Positions 10,518 through 19,193 of a stretch of 64,000 nucleotides of DNA are shown piece by piece. Origin of the DNA: Acidimicrobiales bacterium (GTDB lineage Bacteria; Actinomycetota; Acidimicrobiia; Acidimicrobiales; Aldehydirespiratoraceae); NCBI GenBank assembly GCA_049437325.1, contig JBMTIM010000001.1:16738-80737 (forward strand), given 5' to 3'. The notes under the pieces are model-generated. The model saw only the letters and a program-made list of their open reading frames with translations, searched no databases and was not told where the DNA came from. Positions within the stretch are counted from its first letter, which is position 1, and the number at the start of each line of letters is the position of its first letter. Position numbers and translations under genes: made by a program.

Positions 10518-11654
10518 GTGGCAACGAAACGATCCAGTCTCGGCTCGCCACCGAGTCAGAGCAGGCTAACTTCTTCGGCGATGGGTGCGAGCAGCGAGAT
10601 ACCAGCCCGCGACGCCAAGGATCTTGTCGACGAGCGGGTCGGAGGTCTGCAGAACCTCGGTTCGAGGGCGCTCCTGGTCACCATGGTCGTGGCCGAGTGC
10701 GTAGCGATACTCGCCTTGCTCCTCCCCGCCGACACGACGTCGTCGTCGGTCAGAGTGCTCCTCGTCTACAACGCCCTGCTGCTGTGTGCGCTTGCAGCCT
10801 GGCGACGTTCCAGCGATGCGATCCGTCGCGCGTTCCTCTACATCATCTTGACCATCTCGCTCTTGCGATGGTCGTTTGCGTGGTGGGGGGACGACGTCGC
10901 CGACACCCATATTGCGGTCGTGGCCACCCTCGTCCAGATCCCAACCCTCCTGATCGCCGTCTTTTTGATGCATCAGAAGCGGATCGGACTGGGGATCGGG
11001 ATGTCGTGGCTGATGACCCTCGGGGTGGTTGCGTTCGCCGGAGCGCAGCGGGCCACCTTTGCCGACGGTCCGTTGAGCGACTGGCGTCTCGGGCCGTTCA
11101 TGGTCGCGATGAACCTCGGCCTGTTGATCATTCTCGGATGGTGGGTCCGCGAACACGAAGACTTCCTCACCGCCAGCCGTGAGCAGATCGAACTGATCGA
11201 TGCTGCGAATCTCGATCCGCTCACCGGCCTGGCGAACCGCCGCTCGATCCACCAACATCTCGACGGGCTGCATCGCATCGGGCACGTGTCAGTGGTGGCG
11301 CTGTTGGACATCGATCACTTCAAGTCGATCAACGACAGCTTCGGACATCACGGCGGCGATGCTGTGCTTTGTCGCGTTGCCGACGAGCTCACCGGGGCAA
11401 TCCGACCGATCGATGTCGTCGGCCGCTGGGGAGGCGAGGAGTTCGTCGTCGTGGCGAAGGGCCTCGACCCCGCACTGGCCGAACAGCTCGTCGAACGACT
11501 GCGGTCCGTTGTCACCGCCGCCAACATCACTGCCAGCGTCGGATGGACACTCTGGGATCCGGCCAAGGAGTCGTGGAACGAAGCGATGCATCGCGCCGAC
11601 ATCGCCCTGTACGAAGCAAAGGAATCCGGACGTGATCGGGCGGTGTCGGCCTGA
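10518..11654 (+). CDS. Membrane-anchored diguanylate cyclase (GGDEF domain)
   Basis: Active-site motif RWGGEEFVV, with an RPID (RxxD I-site) exactly 5 residues upstream, and DHFKSINDSFGH. The N-terminal ~200 aa carries about 6 TM helices. The start is uncertain (GTG 10518 or ATG 10581). Confidence 0.88.
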   Translation: MATKRSSLGSPPSQSRLTSSAMGASSEIPARDAKDLVDERVGGLQNLGSRALLVTMVVAECVAILALLLPADTTSSSVRVLLVYNALLLCALAAWRRSSDAIRRAFLYIILTISLLRWSFAWWGDDVADTHIAVVATLVQIPTLLIAVFLMHQKRIGLGIGMSWLMTLGVVAFAGAQRATFADGPLSDWRLGPFMVAMNLGLLIILGWWVREHEDFLTASREQIELIDAANLDPLTGLANRRSIHQHLDGLHRIGHVSVVALLDIDHFKSINDSFGHHGGDAVLCRVADELTGAIRPIDVVGRWGGEEFVVVAKGLDPALAEQLVERLRSVVTAANITASVGWTLWDPAKESWNEAMHRADIALYEAKESGRDRAVSA

Positions 11655-11662
11655 CGGCCGCC

Positions 11663-12436
11663 TCACGAGCCGTCGGCGACCTCGCGAAGTCGCCGACGCA
11701 GGATGTAGAGGTAGGTCAGCGCCCCGCTGACCGAAAAGAAGAACCACTGAAATGCGTACGACAGGTGCGGTCCGTCGTCGAGGACCGGTGGTGGGACCGG
11801 CACCGGTACCTCGTTTCGGGGTGGATCCTGCGACTCGAGTTGCACCCACCGTCCAACGACATCGACGCCCAGGAGCCTCGACACGACGTCGAGTTCGACG
11901 CGATTGATCTCCGGCAGCGATGTCCGACTCTCACCGATTCGACCCCCATCGACACTGTCGAAGAGGCGTCCGGCGATCACGACATCTCCGGTGGGCGTCT
12001 CGATCGTCGCCACCGCCTCGGTCGCCACCATGGTGCGGGGAACCCACCCTCGGACAACGACTGCGAGACGCCCGTCAGCGAGCTCGACCGGCGTTGCGAG
12101 CCAGCTACCCGGTCGGGTGTCGAAGGTTCGGTTGGCAACCAGGAAGCTCAAGTCGGCGCGATAGTTCCCGGTGACGGTCACCGCCGTGTGGTCGAGAACG
12201 CCGGGATCGTCGAGCACGTCCTCGATCGGCCGGGCCGGCGCATCGGACGCCGCTCGGATCTGGTCGTTGTCGGCCTTGCGAGCCTCGAGTCGGTCGAGTT
12301 GCCAAAACCCCAACCCGATCATCGCCACGACCATGCAGACGGCGAACACGTGAGACAGCACCCAACCGGGCGTGAGCAGGGAGCGCACGACAGATCGATC
12401 AGAGACCGAGGTACGCGTCGAGTCCGACCGTGACAC
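11663..12436 (-). CDS. SURF1 family cytochrome oxidase assembly protein
   Basis: 257 aa with two TM helices flanking a periplasmic domain and the C-terminal motif HLSYAFQWFFFS. The GTG start at 12436 overlaps the dapB 3' end by 38 nt, so the true start may be slightly downstream. Confidence 0.8.
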   Translation of the reverse strand: MSRSDSTRTSVSDRSVVRSLLTPGWVLSHVFAVCMVVAMIGLGFWQLDRLEARKADNDQIRAASDAPARPIEDVLDDPGVLDHTAVTVTGNYRADLSFLVANRTFDTRPGSWLATPVELADGRLAVVVRGWVPRTMVATEAVATIETPTGDVVIAGRLFDSVDGGRIGESRTSLPEINRVELDVVSRLLGVDVVGRWVQLESQDPPRNEVPVPVPPPVLDDGPHLSYAFQWFFFSVSGALTYLYILRRRLREVADGS

Positions 12437-13127
12437 CGGGAAACTCTGCGATGCGCTTCACGGCGACGAGAACACCGGGCATGAAGGATGTGCGATCAGT
12501 GGTGTCGTGACGAATTGTGAGTGTCTGCCCCATCGCACCGAGAAGGACCTCCTGATTCGCCACCGCACCGACCATCCGGACGCTGTGGACCCGGATACCG
12601 CCCGGACCAACTCCCCCCCGAGCGCCGGGATACACCTCGTGGGTCGTCGGGTCTGCGGCCCAGTCGGCCGATGCTGCCGCCATGCGCTCTGCGGTGTGCG
12701 TGGCAGTTCCCGAGGGTGCATCGAGCTTGTTGTGATGATGGAACTCGATGATCTCCGCCGTCTCGAAATGAGGGGCCGCAAGCTCGGCCATTCGAATCAT
12801 GAGCACTGCACCGATGGCGAAGTTGGGCGCGATGAGGGCGTTGCTCGTCGTGAATCGAGCTCGAATCTCATCGAGATCGTCGTCGCTGAACCCCGTCGTC
12901 CCGACGACAGCATGGATGTCGTTCGCCGCTGCGAACACCAAGGTCTCACGAGCGACGTCGCGCACGGTGAAGTCGACGACCACCTCTGCACCATTCGCAG
13001 TCAACAGATCGAGTGAATCCCCTTGGTCGATCTCGGCAACCAGTTCGGTTCCCGCATCAGCCTCGATCGCGCGGCACACCTCTCGGCCCATTCGGCCGGC
13101 AGCACCGACCACTCCAACTCGGATCAT
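12399..13127 (-). CDS. dapB: 4-hydroxy-tetrahydrodipicolinate reductase
   Basis: 242 aa. The N-terminus MIRVGVVGAAGRMG is a dinucleotide fold, and the DapB signature EFHHHNKLDAPSGTA is present. Confidence 0.92.
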   Translation of the reverse strand: MIRVGVVGAAGRMGREVCRAIEADAGTELVAEIDQGDSLDLLTANGAEVVVDFTVRDVARETLVFAAANDIHAVVGTTGFSDDDLDEIRARFTTSNALIAPNFAIGAVLMIRMAELAAPHFETAEIIEFHHHNKLDAPSGTATHTAERMAAASADWAADPTTHEVYPGARGGVGPGGIRVHSVRMVGAVANQEVLLGAMGQTLTIRHDTTDRTSFMPGVLVAVKRIAEFPGVTVGLDAYLGL

Positions 13128-13187
13128 GCCCGCAGGTTAGGCGCCAAGACCTCCCCACCGGCGGCCCCATCCACTACCGTCGGTCTC

Positions 13188-13652
13188 ATGCTTGCAGCCA
13201 TCGGTGACACGCCGTACAACATCATGCTCTTCCTCCATATCTTGACCGGTGTGGTCGCGTTCGCTCCGGCGTTCACCCATCCCGTGATCCAAGGCAAGAT
13301 GGAGCGCGCCGGGTTCGACGGCCGCTCGACCGTCATCGGTTACATGGCGTCATACGGCATGAAGATCTACGGCTCGGCGCTCGTCCTCTGCGGCTTGCTG
13401 GGGTTCGGAGTTGCGGGGATGAGCGACGACGTGTTCAAACTCAGCCAGGGATGGCTCGTCACCGCAGTCATCGTGTGGATCGTCATGAATGGCCTGCTCC
13501 ACGGCGCGATCCTGCCGTCGGAAAAAGCGATCGGTCTCGCCGGTCCTGACGGCGCCCCAGCGGCGGAGAAAAAACTTGCGACGGCCGGGGGGCTCATCAC
13601 CGTGCTCTTCCTCGTCCAGCTCTACCTGATGGTGTTCCGGCCGGGCCTCTGA
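13188..13652 (+). CDS. Hypothetical integral membrane protein (about 4 TM)
   Basis: Start taken at ATG 13188 (MLAAIGDTPYNIMLFLHILTGVVAF); the longer ORF-track form overlaps dapB. The sequence has hydrophobic periodicity and a strong third-position G/C bias. No family motif recognised. Confidence 0.6.
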   Translation: MLAAIGDTPYNIMLFLHILTGVVAFAPAFTHPVIQGKMERAGFDGRSTVIGYMASYGMKIYGSALVLCGLLGFGVAGMSDDVFKLSQGWLVTAVIVWIVMNGLLHGAILPSEKAIGLAGPDGAPAAEKKLATAGGLITVLFLVQLYLMVFRPGL

Positions 13653-13686
13653 CGCACACGTGGGTTCGCCCGGCTGCGGTGCTCGT

Positions 13687-14955
13687 TCAGCCCGGAGCCA
13701 CCACGCTCACTGCGGACGGTCCGGCGAGAACGTCGGCGATCACCCGCTGCACGTCGGTTGCACTCACGGCACGGACTGCGTCGAGGTATTCGTCGACGCC
13801 CACGACCCGGTCGCGGATCAAGACGTTGGTGGCGAGTCGAGACATCCGGCTTCCGGTGTCTTCGAGGCCCAGCACCGTCGCCCCCTCGAACCCCCCGCGC
13901 GCCACTTCGAGTTCACGCTCGCCCGGTCCGTCCTCGGCGAGCAGTGCGAGTTGTTCGTCGATCACCGACCGAAGTTCGGAGAGCCGTTCAGGTGCAGTCG
14001 CTGCGTAGACCGAAATGGTGCCGGCATCGACGAACGAACTGCCTGAGGCGAACACCGAGTAGCTCAAGCCCCGCTTTTCGCGGACCTCGCGGAAGAGACG
14101 ACTCGACCAGCCGCCGCCGAGCAACTGCGTGGCGACGGCAAGCGCATACCGGTCGGGGCTGTGCAGCCCGGGTGACCGCCAGCCCCTGGCGAAGTGGGCT
14201 TGCTCGATCGAGCGATACGTACTGGTGTCGGACGCCTCTGCGTCGACCGGCTCGATGCGGGTGGGCGCTTCTCCCCCACTACGTCCGCCCAGTGCCGCAT
14301 CGACTCGGGCCACGATCTCGTCGTGCTCGACCGGACCGACCACGGCAACCACGATGTTGGGCCGGCGGTACCACCGGTCATGAAAGGAGCGGACATCGTC
14401 GACAGTCATCGATCGAATCGATCTTGGGGTACCGAGCACCTCCCACCCGAGTGCGTGATTCGGGAAAAGGCGTTCGGCGAGAACCGAATGCACAACGTCG
14501 TCGGGGGTGTCGGCGCTCCACGCCAACTCCTCGAGAATGACCTGCCGTTCGGCATCGAGATCCTCAGCGGTGAAGCCCGGATCGACGAGCACGTCGAGCA
14601 GTGTGTCGAGGCCGAAATCGAGATCCCAGGCAGGGACCCGAGCGTGAAAGGCGGTGTACTCCTTCGAGGTGAACGCGTTGAGATCGCCACCGACAGCATC
14701 GATGCCTTCGGCGATCTCGTGAGCCGTCCTCGACGAGGTTCCCTTGAAGAGCAGGTGTTCCAGAAAATGCGAAACACCCGCCAGTTCGGCCGGTTCGTCA
14801 CGGTTGCCGACACCGACCCAGACGCCGATCGCCGCCGACCGCGAGTGCGGGAGCGTCTCGGTGACGACCCGGAGTCCGCCGTCGAGTCGGCTGACGCACA
14901 CCGGGTCGTCCTCCTCGAAGGACGACCCGGGCGCGTGCAACGTACGTTCAGTCAA
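13687..14955 (-). CDS. M16 family zinc peptidase (PepR-like)
   Basis: 422 aa with the inverted zinc motif HFLEHLLFKGT. It lies immediately downstream of pnp, as in other Actinobacteria. Confidence 0.88.
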   Translation of the reverse strand: MTERTLHAPGSSFEEDDPVCVSRLDGGLRVVTETLPHSRSAAIGVWVGVGNRDEPAELAGVSHFLEHLLFKGTSSRTAHEIAEGIDAVGGDLNAFTSKEYTAFHARVPAWDLDFGLDTLLDVLVDPGFTAEDLDAERQVILEELAWSADTPDDVVHSVLAERLFPNHALGWEVLGTPRSIRSMTVDDVRSFHDRWYRRPNIVVAVVGPVEHDEIVARVDAALGGRSGGEAPTRIEPVDAEASDTSTYRSIEQAHFARGWRSPGLHSPDRYALAVATQLLGGGWSSRLFREVREKRGLSYSVFASGSSFVDAGTISVYAATAPERLSELRSVIDEQLALLAEDGPGERELEVARGGFEGATVLGLEDTGSRMSRLATNVLIRDRVVGVDEYLDAVRAVSATDVQRVIADVLAGPSAVSVVAPG

Positions 14956-14970
14956 CGGTTGGTCCGTCGA

Positions 14971-17358
14971 TCACCGACGACCGCGGCCTCCACGACCACG
15001 CCCACGGCCACCGCCGCCTCCGCCGGAGCGACGAGGCGCCTCTGGGCCCAGGTCGCCGAACTCGGATGCAAGATCTTCGTCGAACGACGCATCGAACGAG
15101 ACGGCGACCCGATCACCCGACTCCTCGCCTGCGTCCTCGGACGAGTCGCTCGGCGAGGAGTCCGAAGCACCACCGCCGGTGGCCTCAGGACCGTCGCCGA
15201 CCGGCTTGAGCGAGATCTTCCCGTTCGGATCGACGTCTTCGACGACCACCTGAACTTCCTGACCGAGCTCGAGCACATCCTCGACCCGATCGATGCGCTT
15301 GCTGCCCCCGATCTTGGAGATGTGAAGCAGACCATCGCGGCCGGGAAGGATGTTCACGAACGCTCCGAACTTGGTGATGTTCACGACCCGACCGGCGTAC
15401 TCGGCGCCGACTTCAGCCGTCGGCGGATCGAGGATCAGCTCGATCTGTCGCTTGGCCTCGGCCACAGCACCGTTGTCGGTACTGGCGATGGCGACGATAC
15501 CGACCATGCCGTCATCGTCGACGGAGATGTCAGCGCCCGTCTCTGCCTGGATGGTGTTGATCACCTTGCCCTTGGGGCCGATGACTTCGCCGATCTTGTC
15601 GATCGGGATCTCGAAGCTGACGATCTTCGGGGCGGTGTCGCGCACCTCTTCTCGCGGCTCGGGGATTGCCTCGAGCATGATGTCGAGAATGTCGAGCCGT
15701 GCCTCGCGAGCTTGAGCAAGCGCACCGGCCAGCACGTTGGCCGGGATGCCGGCGATCTTCGTGTCGAGCTGGAGTGCGGTGACGAAGTCGGTCGTGCCGG
15801 CGACCTTGAAGTCCATGTCGCCAAAGGCGTCTTCGGCGCCGAGGATGTCGGTGAGCGTCACATACTCGCCCTCGGCGTGCACGAGACCCATCGCAATACC
15901 GGCGACCGGCGCCTTGATCGGGACACCGGCATCCATGAGCGACAGCGTCGAGCCGCAGACCGACCCCATCGACGACGAACCATTCGATGCCATGACCTCG
16001 GACACGGTGCGCACGGTGTAGGGCCATTCCTCGAAGCTCGGCACGACCGGGAAGACCGCGCGCTCGGCAAGCGCACCATGACCGATCTCACGACGCTTCG
16101 GACCACGCATGAAGCCGGTCTCGCCGGTGGAGAAGGGCGGGAAGTTGTAGTGGTGGAAATACCGCTTCTTCTCGGTCGGCGAGAGGTCGTCGATCATCAT
16201 GTCGCTGCGGCCCATCCCGAGCGTCGTGATGTTGAGCACCTGCGTCTCACCGCGCTGGAAGAGGCCGGAACCGTGCGACGTCGGGATGACACCCACCTCG
16301 GACGAGACGGCGCGCAGCTCGGCCGGCTTGCGACCGTCGATGCGGATACCTTCCTCCACGATTCGCTTGCGAACGACCTTCTTCATCACCGAACGAGCGG
16401 CGGCCTTGATCTGCTTGCCGGCATCGGCGTTGTCAGCGAACTGGCCTTCGAGTTCTGCAACGAGGGCGGCGGAGACCTCGGACTCTGCATTCTGGCGATC
16501 GGTCTTGTCGGCGATCATCTGGGTGGCGGCGATGCGCTCGGTACCAGCAGCCTCGACCGCAGCGTAGATCTCGTCGGTGTAGTCGATGGAAAGTGGCGCC
16601 TCCATCTTCTCGATCTCACCGAGTTGCTCGAGGCACGCCTGCTGGAGTTCGATCATCTCACGGATCCAGACCTTGCACGCCTCGAGGCCACCAGCGAGAA
16701 CGTCCTCGTCGACCTTCGGTGTCCCCGACTCGTAGAGCGGCCAGCTGTTGGCCGTTCCGCCGGCTTCGACCATCATCACGGCGACGTCGTCACCGTCGAG
16801 CCGCCCGGCCACAACCATTTCGAAGGCCGACTGCTCGGACTCTTCGTAGGTCGGGAACGGGATCCACTCACCCTCCGGCGACCAGCTCATGCGAACACCG
16901 CCGATCGGACCGTCGAAGGGGATCGGTGATGCACAGAGCGCGAGCGAGGCCGCATTCAGGGCGAGGATGTCGTACGGGTTCTCTTGATCGGCGCCGAGAA
17001 CGGTGCCGACAACATGCACTTCGTTGCGGAAACCATCGGGGAAGGCGGGACGAAGCGGACGGTCGATCAGGCGACAGGTCAGGATCGCCTGCTCACCGGC
17101 CCGCGCTTCACGACGGAAGAACGAGCCGGGGATCTTGCCGGCGGCATACATGCGCTCTTCGATGTCGACGGTCAGCGGGAAGAAATCGGCGCCGTCGCGG
17201 GGCGACTTGGCGCCCGTGGCGGTGACGAGGACGACGGTGTCGCCCATGCGAGCCGTGATCGAGCCTCCGGCGAGGGGCGCGAACTTGCCGACTTCGAACG
17301 TGGCGTCCTTGCCCTCACCGCGGCTGAACGCGCCGGTGACGGAAGTGGTTTTGGTCAT
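14971..17358 (-). CDS. pnp: Polyribonucleotide nucleotidyltransferase (PNPase) with an extra C-terminal acidic/RGG tail
   Basis: Two RNase PH modules plus KH and S1 domains (AEYAGRVVNITKFGAFVNILPGRDGLLHISK). Start at ATG 17358 (MTKTTSV); the ORF track gives 17385. The last 75 aa are low complexity and end in GGGGGGRGRGRGGRGRR. Confidence 0.93.
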   Translation of the reverse strand: MTKTTSVTGAFSRGEGKDATFEVGKFAPLAGGSITARMGDTVVLVTATGAKSPRDGADFFPLTVDIEERMYAAGKIPGSFFRREARAGEQAILTCRLIDRPLRPAFPDGFRNEVHVVGTVLGADQENPYDILALNAASLALCASPIPFDGPIGGVRMSWSPEGEWIPFPTYEESEQSAFEMVVAGRLDGDDVAVMMVEAGGTANSWPLYESGTPKVDEDVLAGGLEACKVWIREMIELQQACLEQLGEIEKMEAPLSIDYTDEIYAAVEAAGTERIAATQMIADKTDRQNAESEVSAALVAELEGQFADNADAGKQIKAAARSVMKKVVRKRIVEEGIRIDGRKPAELRAVSSEVGVIPTSHGSGLFQRGETQVLNITTLGMGRSDMMIDDLSPTEKKRYFHHYNFPPFSTGETGFMRGPKRREIGHGALAERAVFPVVPSFEEWPYTVRTVSEVMASNGSSSMGSVCGSTLSLMDAGVPIKAPVAGIAMGLVHAEGEYVTLTDILGAEDAFGDMDFKVAGTTDFVTALQLDTKIAGIPANVLAGALAQAREARLDILDIMLEAIPEPREEVRDTAPKIVSFEIPIDKIGEVIGPKGKVINTIQAETGADISVDDDGMVGIVAIASTDNGAVAEAKRQIELILDPPTAEVGAEYAGRVVNITKFGAFVNILPGRDGLLHISKIGGSKRIDRVEDVLELGQEVQVVVEDVDPNGKISLKPVGDGPEATGGGASDSSPSDSSEDAGEESGDRVAVSFDASFDEDLASEFGDLGPEAPRRSGGGGGGRGRGRGGRGRR

Positions 17359-17402
17359 GTGTTGTATTCCTTGGGACAAACACACAACCGCCAGTTCCCA
17401 GT

Positions 17403-17434
17403 CGTGAATCGCTGAGCATGCTCAGAGACTCACG
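17403..17434 (-). promoter_or_regulatory. Imperfect 12-bp stem-loop in the pnp 5' leader (candidate processing or autoregulation hairpin)
   Basis: CGTGAATCGCTGAGCATGCTCAGAGACTCACG. Positions 17403-17416 pair with 17421-17434 with two mismatches and a 4-nt loop. It lies 45 nt upstream of the pnp ATG, inside the 204-nt rpsO-pnp spacer. Confidence 0.4.
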
Positions 17435-17521
17435 ACTACGCACCAACCGTCGTGTGCTCGATTGTTCGCAGGACGTTCCTGCTACTGGGATTCGTCGGGT
17501 TTCCACGGAAACGATCCGGCG

Positions 17522-17552
17522 GAAACCGAAAGGGCGACCCGGAGGGCCGCCC
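17522..17552 (-). terminator. Intrinsic-terminator-like hairpin after rpsO (probable partial terminator/attenuator ahead of pnp)
   Basis: The minus-strand RNA reads GGGCGgCCC-UCC-GGGuCGCCC followed by UUUCGGUUUCC. It begins 11 nt after the rpsO stop. Confidence 0.5.
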
Positions 17553-17562
17553 TCACATCTTG

Positions 17563-17844
17563 TCAGCGACGCAGACCGAGGTGTGCGATCACCGCACGGT
17601 AGCGTTCGACGTCGTTGTCCCGGATGTAGTCCAGGAGACGACGACGGCGGCCGACCAGCATGAGGAGGCCACGCTGGGTGTGGAAGTCCTTCTTGTGGAC
17701 CTTCATGTGCTCGGTGAGGTGGTTGATTCGCTCCGAGAGGAGCGCAACCTGAATCTCGGGCGAGCCGGTGTCGTTCTCGGCAAGACCGAAGGCCTTCGCC
17801 ATGTCGGCGATGGTTTCGCTCTTGTCACGCAGATTCACTGCCAT
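17563..17844 (-). CDS. rpsO: 30S ribosomal protein S15
   Basis: 93 aa with [47 protein letters not shown]. The rpsO-pnp arrangement is canonical. Confidence 0.97.
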   Translation of the reverse strand: MAVNLRDKSETIADMAKAFGLAENDTGSPEIQVALLSERINHLTEHMKVHKKDFHTQRGLLMLVGRRRRLLDYIRDNDVERYRAVIAHLGLRR

Positions 17845-18045
17845 GGTCGTGTGCGTCTTTCCTTGGGTGCGTTACCCGGCCGTCCGTACCGCTGTGCGAG
17901 CAGGACCGCGGGTCCCCGCGATGAGGACCCCTCGAGGATAGCGGGCCGCTGTGGAAATCGTTTCGTGCAGCTGCACCGAACTCGCAATCGTGACCAGCAG
18001 CCCGGCGCTCTCCGGCTCGCCCGACCCGACCCTGGAGCTGCAGGT

Positions 18046-18570
18046 TCACGGGGTCAGATCGAGTTCCCAGGTCCCCTCGACGTCGAGAATCCTGACCAGC
18101 GCTTCCCGATCGACCGGGCCGGCGGTGCCGCCTTCGGCTGTCACCCGGCAGGCGATCTCGCGCCCCACCACGATCACGACCCGTGATTCCGCGCAACGAA
18201 CCAACGCCGTATCCCCGAGGTCCGCATCGAGGCGGGCTGCTGCGTCGAGCTCGACCGCCGACACGTCGAGAACCGGCGTCTCGAGCGCAACCGTCACTTC
18301 GACCGATTCAGCATCGGCACGGATCAGTGCAACATCGAGCACGACCTGGTCACCACCCAGGACCCCAGCGCAGGTGATCAGCTCGAACCCGCCCTCGGGA
18401 ATCGGTGCCAGCTCCTCGACCCTCGGACACCCGATGTCGGCGATTCCGAGATCGCCAGCCGCCCCGGCGACCGCTGCCTCGACATCGGAGCGCTGCAGGT
18501 CGGGAAGCTCCTCCGCACACGCAACCGTGCCTGCAAGCAGCAGAAGCAACAGGGTCAGGTGGCGAGCCAC
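18046..18570 (-). CDS. Secreted or lipoprotein-like protein, DUF4333-like
   Basis: A signal/lipobox-like stretch LLLLLAGTVAC is followed by two Cys-containing ~70-aa modules. The start is inferred at GTG 18570; the longer ORF-track form overlaps the upstream gene extensively. Confidence 0.6.
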   Translation of the reverse strand: MARHLTLLLLLLAGTVACAEELPDLQRSDVEAAVAGAAGDLGIADIGCPRVEELAPIPEGGFELITCAGVLGGDQVVLDVALIRADAESVEVTVALETPVLDVSAVELDAAARLDADLGDTALVRCAESRVVIVVGREIACRVTAEGGTAGPVDREALVRILDVEGTWELDLTP

Positions 18571-19187
18571 AACACCACTCCCACCTGGCCGAGATGGCCG
18601 GTGGCGTGCACCAGTGCGTTGCCTCCCGGCGCCGGAGCGACGAAACGGTTCCATGTGACCAACGCCGCCGATGCGAAGAAGCACCCACCGCCGATCGCTG
18701 CGATCAAGACACCGGTACCAGCCGCAAGAATCCCGAGCAACGCGGCAGTGAAGAGCGCGCCGGCGATCAGAATGCCGGCCGCCGGGTGTTGTCTGCGGGC
18801 GCCGTCGATGATCTGCGGAGCCGCCCCGATCCCGATCCCGACGTAGAGCAGTGCGGCGACGACAGCGGTTGCCGGTTCGACCGCCTCGACGAGGGCAGCA
18901 GCGAAGAGCACGTGGGCAACGACGGTGGCAAGAATCCCAGCCTCGAAACGGGCGTCAGGAGTCGAGAGCACCACGTCCCCCACGAGGGCCGCTCCCAACG
19001 CCGCAACGATGAGTCCACGGGTGATGTCCGCCGGCGTTTCGATCGCAAGCGCGGCCCCGATCAATGCGATGTCGACCAACGGCTTGGCGATGAACTCGAC
19101 ACTCACCCGCCGACGAGCAACACCCCACCAGTCGACCAGCGCCGCGATGAGCGCCAGCGCAAGCAGGAGGTCCGCTGCGACGGTCAC
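18555..19187 (-). CDS. Polytopic membrane protein, YhhN (lysoplasmalogenase)-like
   Basis: 210 aa with about 7-8 hydrophobic helices. The family assignment rests on overall pattern only, not a verified motif. Confidence 0.5.
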   Translation of the reverse strand: MTVAADLLLALALIAALVDWWGVARRRVSVEFIAKPLVDIALIGAALAIETPADITRGLIVAALGAALVGDVVLSTPDARFEAGILATVVAHVLFAAALVEAVEPATAVVAALLYVGIGIGAAPQIIDGARRQHPAAGILIAGALFTAALLGILAAGTGVLIAAIGGGCFFASAALVTWNRFVAPAPGGNALVHATGHLGQVGVVLWLAT

Positions 19188-19193
19188 CCGGAA

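Noticed and set aside
14194-16929. 911-aa plus-strand ORF
   Set aside because: It is entirely antisense to pnp. Its translation is Arg/Gly/Asp-rich with no motifs. This is the typical shadow ORF of GC-rich DNA, whereas the minus-strand frame carries unmistakable PNPase motifs.
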